Of a stretch of DNA of 18,418 nt, positions 16,236-18,418 are shown piece after piece. A program made the position numbers and the translations under genes. Under the pieces are notes generated by a model. It searched no databases. It saw only the letters and a list, made by a program, of their open reading frames with translations, and was not told the origin of the DNA. Position 1 is the stretch's first letter. Every line of letters begins with the position of its first letter. The stretch is taken from positions 1 through 18,418 of the forward strand of contig JBHLPR010000042.1 of NCBI GenBank assembly GCA_048939245.1. Direction: 5' to 3'. The DNA is from Promethearchaeota archaeon (lineage in GTDB: Archaea; Asgardarchaeota; Hermodarchaeia; Hermodarchaeales; Hermodarchaeaceae).

Positions 16236-16748
16236 ATGGAATTTCTTGATGTATTGAAAGGTCGACGTAGCATTCGACAATATCATTCTCACGAAGTCGA
16301 AAAAGAAAAAATCGACACTATCCTTGAAGCTGCTCAATGGGCACCATCAGCATCTAACAAGCAACCCTGGCACTTCATCGTTGTCCAAGATAACGCAAAT
16401 CGTAAACGTCTGGGGCAAATTCATTCGCACGGTCGATTCATGGAAGAAGCACCTGTTGTCATCGTAGTGCTGGGAAACCCCGAAGCACATCCGAAGTATT
16501 ATCTGTGTGATCCCCATCAGGCTGTTCAAAATATACTTCTTACAGCATACTGGTTAGGCTTGCGATCATGTTGGATGGGAGTTCGAGGAACGCCTTTCGA
16601 GAACGAGATAAAAGAGCTTCTAGAGGTTCCACATGGACTCACGGTTATATGCACCGTTTCAATTGGCTACTCTGATCAGAAACGAGAAAGCACACGCTAT
16701 CCATTAAGTGAACTAGTTTCATGGGAAAGATACGGGAAAACGGACTAG
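16236..16748 (+). CDS. Nitroreductase-family flavoprotein
   Basis: RRSIRQY, APSASNKQPWHFIVV and QNILLTAYWLGLRSCWMG. Confidence 0.93.
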   Translation: MEFLDVLKGRRSIRQYHSHEVEKEKIDTILEAAQWAPSASNKQPWHFIVVQDNANRKRLGQIHSHGRFMEEAPVVIVVLGNPEAHPKYYLCDPHQAVQNILLTAYWLGLRSCWMGVRGTPFENEIKELLEVPHGLTVICTVSIGYSDQKRESTRYPLSELVSWERYGKTD

Positions 16749-16758
16749 GAAACACCAG

Positions 16759-17865
16759 CTAGCCCTGAATTGCATATTCATAAATAGCTTCATACTGCGG
16801 TAGAATTTTGTCAACTGTATGATTATCAAGGATTGTTTGTCGGGCTGCCTGACCAAGGTCTGCTGCCAGTGTTGAGTCTGTGAGAATTACATAGAGCTTC
16901 TCGGCAAGAATATCAATATCCCCAAAAGGTGCTAGCAGTCCATTTTTTCCGTCTTTGACAATTTCTGGAATTCCACCAACTGCTGTAGCAACAACAGGAA
17001 GACCACAACTCATGGCCTCAAGTAGTGAAAGAGGAGCCCCTTCCAATTCAGAGCTCAATGCAAACGCACATGCACATCGAAGATATTGGTGGACATCGCG
17101 TTTGAACCCAGGACACCGAATCCGGTTATTAAGCTCGTACTTTCTAATAAGCCGATCAACCTCTGGGCGCGTTGGACCATCACCAATAAGGAGAAGGTCA
17201 ACATCTGGAACTTCATCAGCAATTTGCGCAAATGCTGTAACCAAGTCACAGACTCGTTTTACTGGACGGAAATTCGACACATGGATTAGGTGTCGTTTCT
17301 CGTTTTCCAACTCGTATTCACAGGTATTCGGTGCAAATAGGTCTGGATCCGTGAAGTTAGTGATTGGTTCAATGGAGCAGCGGACCCCAAGAGTTTGTTC
17401 AGCTGTTTCACATATATGCTTAGTAACACACGTAACAGCATTCGCCGCTTCAACGGCAAATCGTGTGGTTGGTTGGTAGGCGGGATCAGCTCCCAGGGTA
17501 TGCACATCACTTCCATGCAATGTAACAACGTATGGAACCCCAGTCAATTGCTGAGCAAGAAAGGCTGACACCGCATGAGGAATTGCATAATGCACATGTA
17601 AAAGATCTAGATGATGTTTCCGGACCACTTGAGCCATCCGTGAAGCAAGGGCCACTGTATAAGGTGGATAGCGAAAAAGTGGATATTCTAAGACATCCAC
17701 GAGATCAACTTTGACATTCTCATATCGACCTTCTTGTAGTTCAAAAGGGACTTCATAGGTGATGAACCGAACTTCATGACCACGTTTTGCGAGTTCAACA
17801 CCAAGTCGAGTACCGAGAAGCCCTGACCCTCCAACGCCTGGATAAATTGTGATACCTATTCGCAT
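16759..17865 (-). CDS. bshA: N-acetyl-alpha-D-glucosaminyl L-malate synthase BshA (GT4)
   Basis: GITIYPGVGGSG, YPLFRYPPY..ALAS, LDLLHVHYAIPHA, TLHGSDV and HVSNFRPVKRV, all characteristic of BshA. Confidence 0.92.
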   Translation of the reverse strand: MRIGITIYPGVGGSGLLGTRLGVELAKRGHEVRFITYEVPFELQEGRYENVKVDLVDVLEYPLFRYPPYTVALASRMAQVVRKHHLDLLHVHYAIPHAVSAFLAQQLTGVPYVVTLHGSDVHTLGADPAYQPTTRFAVEAANAVTCVTKHICETAEQTLGVRCSIEPITNFTDPDLFAPNTCEYELENEKRHLIHVSNFRPVKRVCDLVTAFAQIADEVPDVDLLLIGDGPTRPEVDRLIRKYELNNRIRCPGFKRDVHQYLRCACAFALSSELEGAPLSLLEAMSCGLPVVATAVGGIPEIVKDGKNGLLAPFGDIDILAEKLYVILTDSTLAADLGQAARQTILDNHTVDKILPQYEAIYEYAIQG

Positions 17866-17980
17866 TTTCTGTCTCTTGGCATGCTACCTTCCTTGCCCAT
17901 ATGTGTTATGATGTAGGGAAAACAGTGTGAAAGGGTAGCGTCAGCAAACCTTTTGGTTAGAAATGAAGGCATACTCTAGT

Positions 17981-18418
17981 ATGCCAAAATCATCACGGAA
18001 ACGGCTTTTAGTTATTAGCGCGCACCCTGATGATGAAACCTTTGGGTGTGGTGGAACCATTACTTTGGAAGCCACTCAGGGTGCTGAGGTGACCGTCTGT
18101 TGCCTGACGGGTACGCCGTCCCGGCATCGAGAGTTAAAATCGGCTTGCGAAGTTCTGGGAGCGAAAGTTATTGCGCTAAATGGGAAGGATTTGCATCTGA
18201 CTGTTTCGGAGGTAACAGATGCCCTCATCCCGATCATTCAAGAGGTTCAGCCGGAGGTACTCATCTCGCACGGGGCCGAAGATTATCATCCTGATCATCG
18301 CGTGGTTTATCAGGCGTTCCAACGAGCCGCAGAATGGGCAGGTCATTCGACACAATATCAGAAAAAAGCTTGGCGCCCTCAGCGACTCTTTAGCATGGAA
18401 ATTAATACCCTGCTTGCC
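17981..18418 (+). CDS. bshB: PIG-L/LmbE-family deacetylase, probable BshB; runs off the right edge (alternative ATG 17963)
   Basis: Not in the ORF track. Manual translation MPKSSRKRLLVISAHPDDETFGCGGTI...ACEVLGA...QPEVLISH..EDYHPDHRVV gives the AHPDDE and HPDH zinc motifs; divergent from bshA. Confidence 0.75.
   Translation, partial: MPKSSRKRLLVISAHPDDETFGCGGTITLEATQGAEVTVCCLTGTPSRHRELKSACEVLGAKVIALNGKDLHLTVSEVTDALIPIIQEVQPEVLISHGAEDYHPDHRVVYQAFQRAAEWAGHSTQYQKKAWRPQRLFSMEINTLLA

Noticed and set aside
16955-17479. 174-aa plus-strand ORF
   Set aside because: Antisense shadow of bshA.
18100-18294. 64-aa ORF
   Set aside because: Alternative frame inside the PIG-L deacetylase.

Overview
An 18.4-kb, gene-dense stretch of archaeal chromosome. 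The archaeal call rests on Alba, a PDCD5-like protein, GGTGA/GGAGG ribosome-binding sites and TATA-type promoters. Asgard affinity is inferred, not proven, from an E2F/DP-like protein. From left to right the window holds: a partial cysteine hydrolase; an iron/oxidative-stress cluster (ferritin, a 42-aa desulforedoxin-like protein missed by the ORF track, a thioferritin/DPSL, an EamA transporter and a hemerythrin-domain protein); several ordinary enzymes (SAM methyltransferase, alpha/beta hydrolase, YtcJ-like amidohydrolase, PfkB kinase); Alba with a long Lys/Glu/Ala/Pro repeat tail; a membrane-anchored M28 glutaminyl-cyclase-like enzyme; a PDCD5-like DNA-binding protein convergent with an E2F/DP-like winged-helix protein that has a highly structured putative 5' leader; a membrane-anchored transglutaminase-like protein; and an apparently complete bacillithiol-type biosynthesis set (bshC with a Cys4 zinc-ribbon insertion, a nitroreductase, bshA, and a partial bshB-like PIG-L deacetylase). 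I saw no tRNA, rRNA, CRISPR array or mobile element. All calls come from motif recognition by eye; no searches were run.
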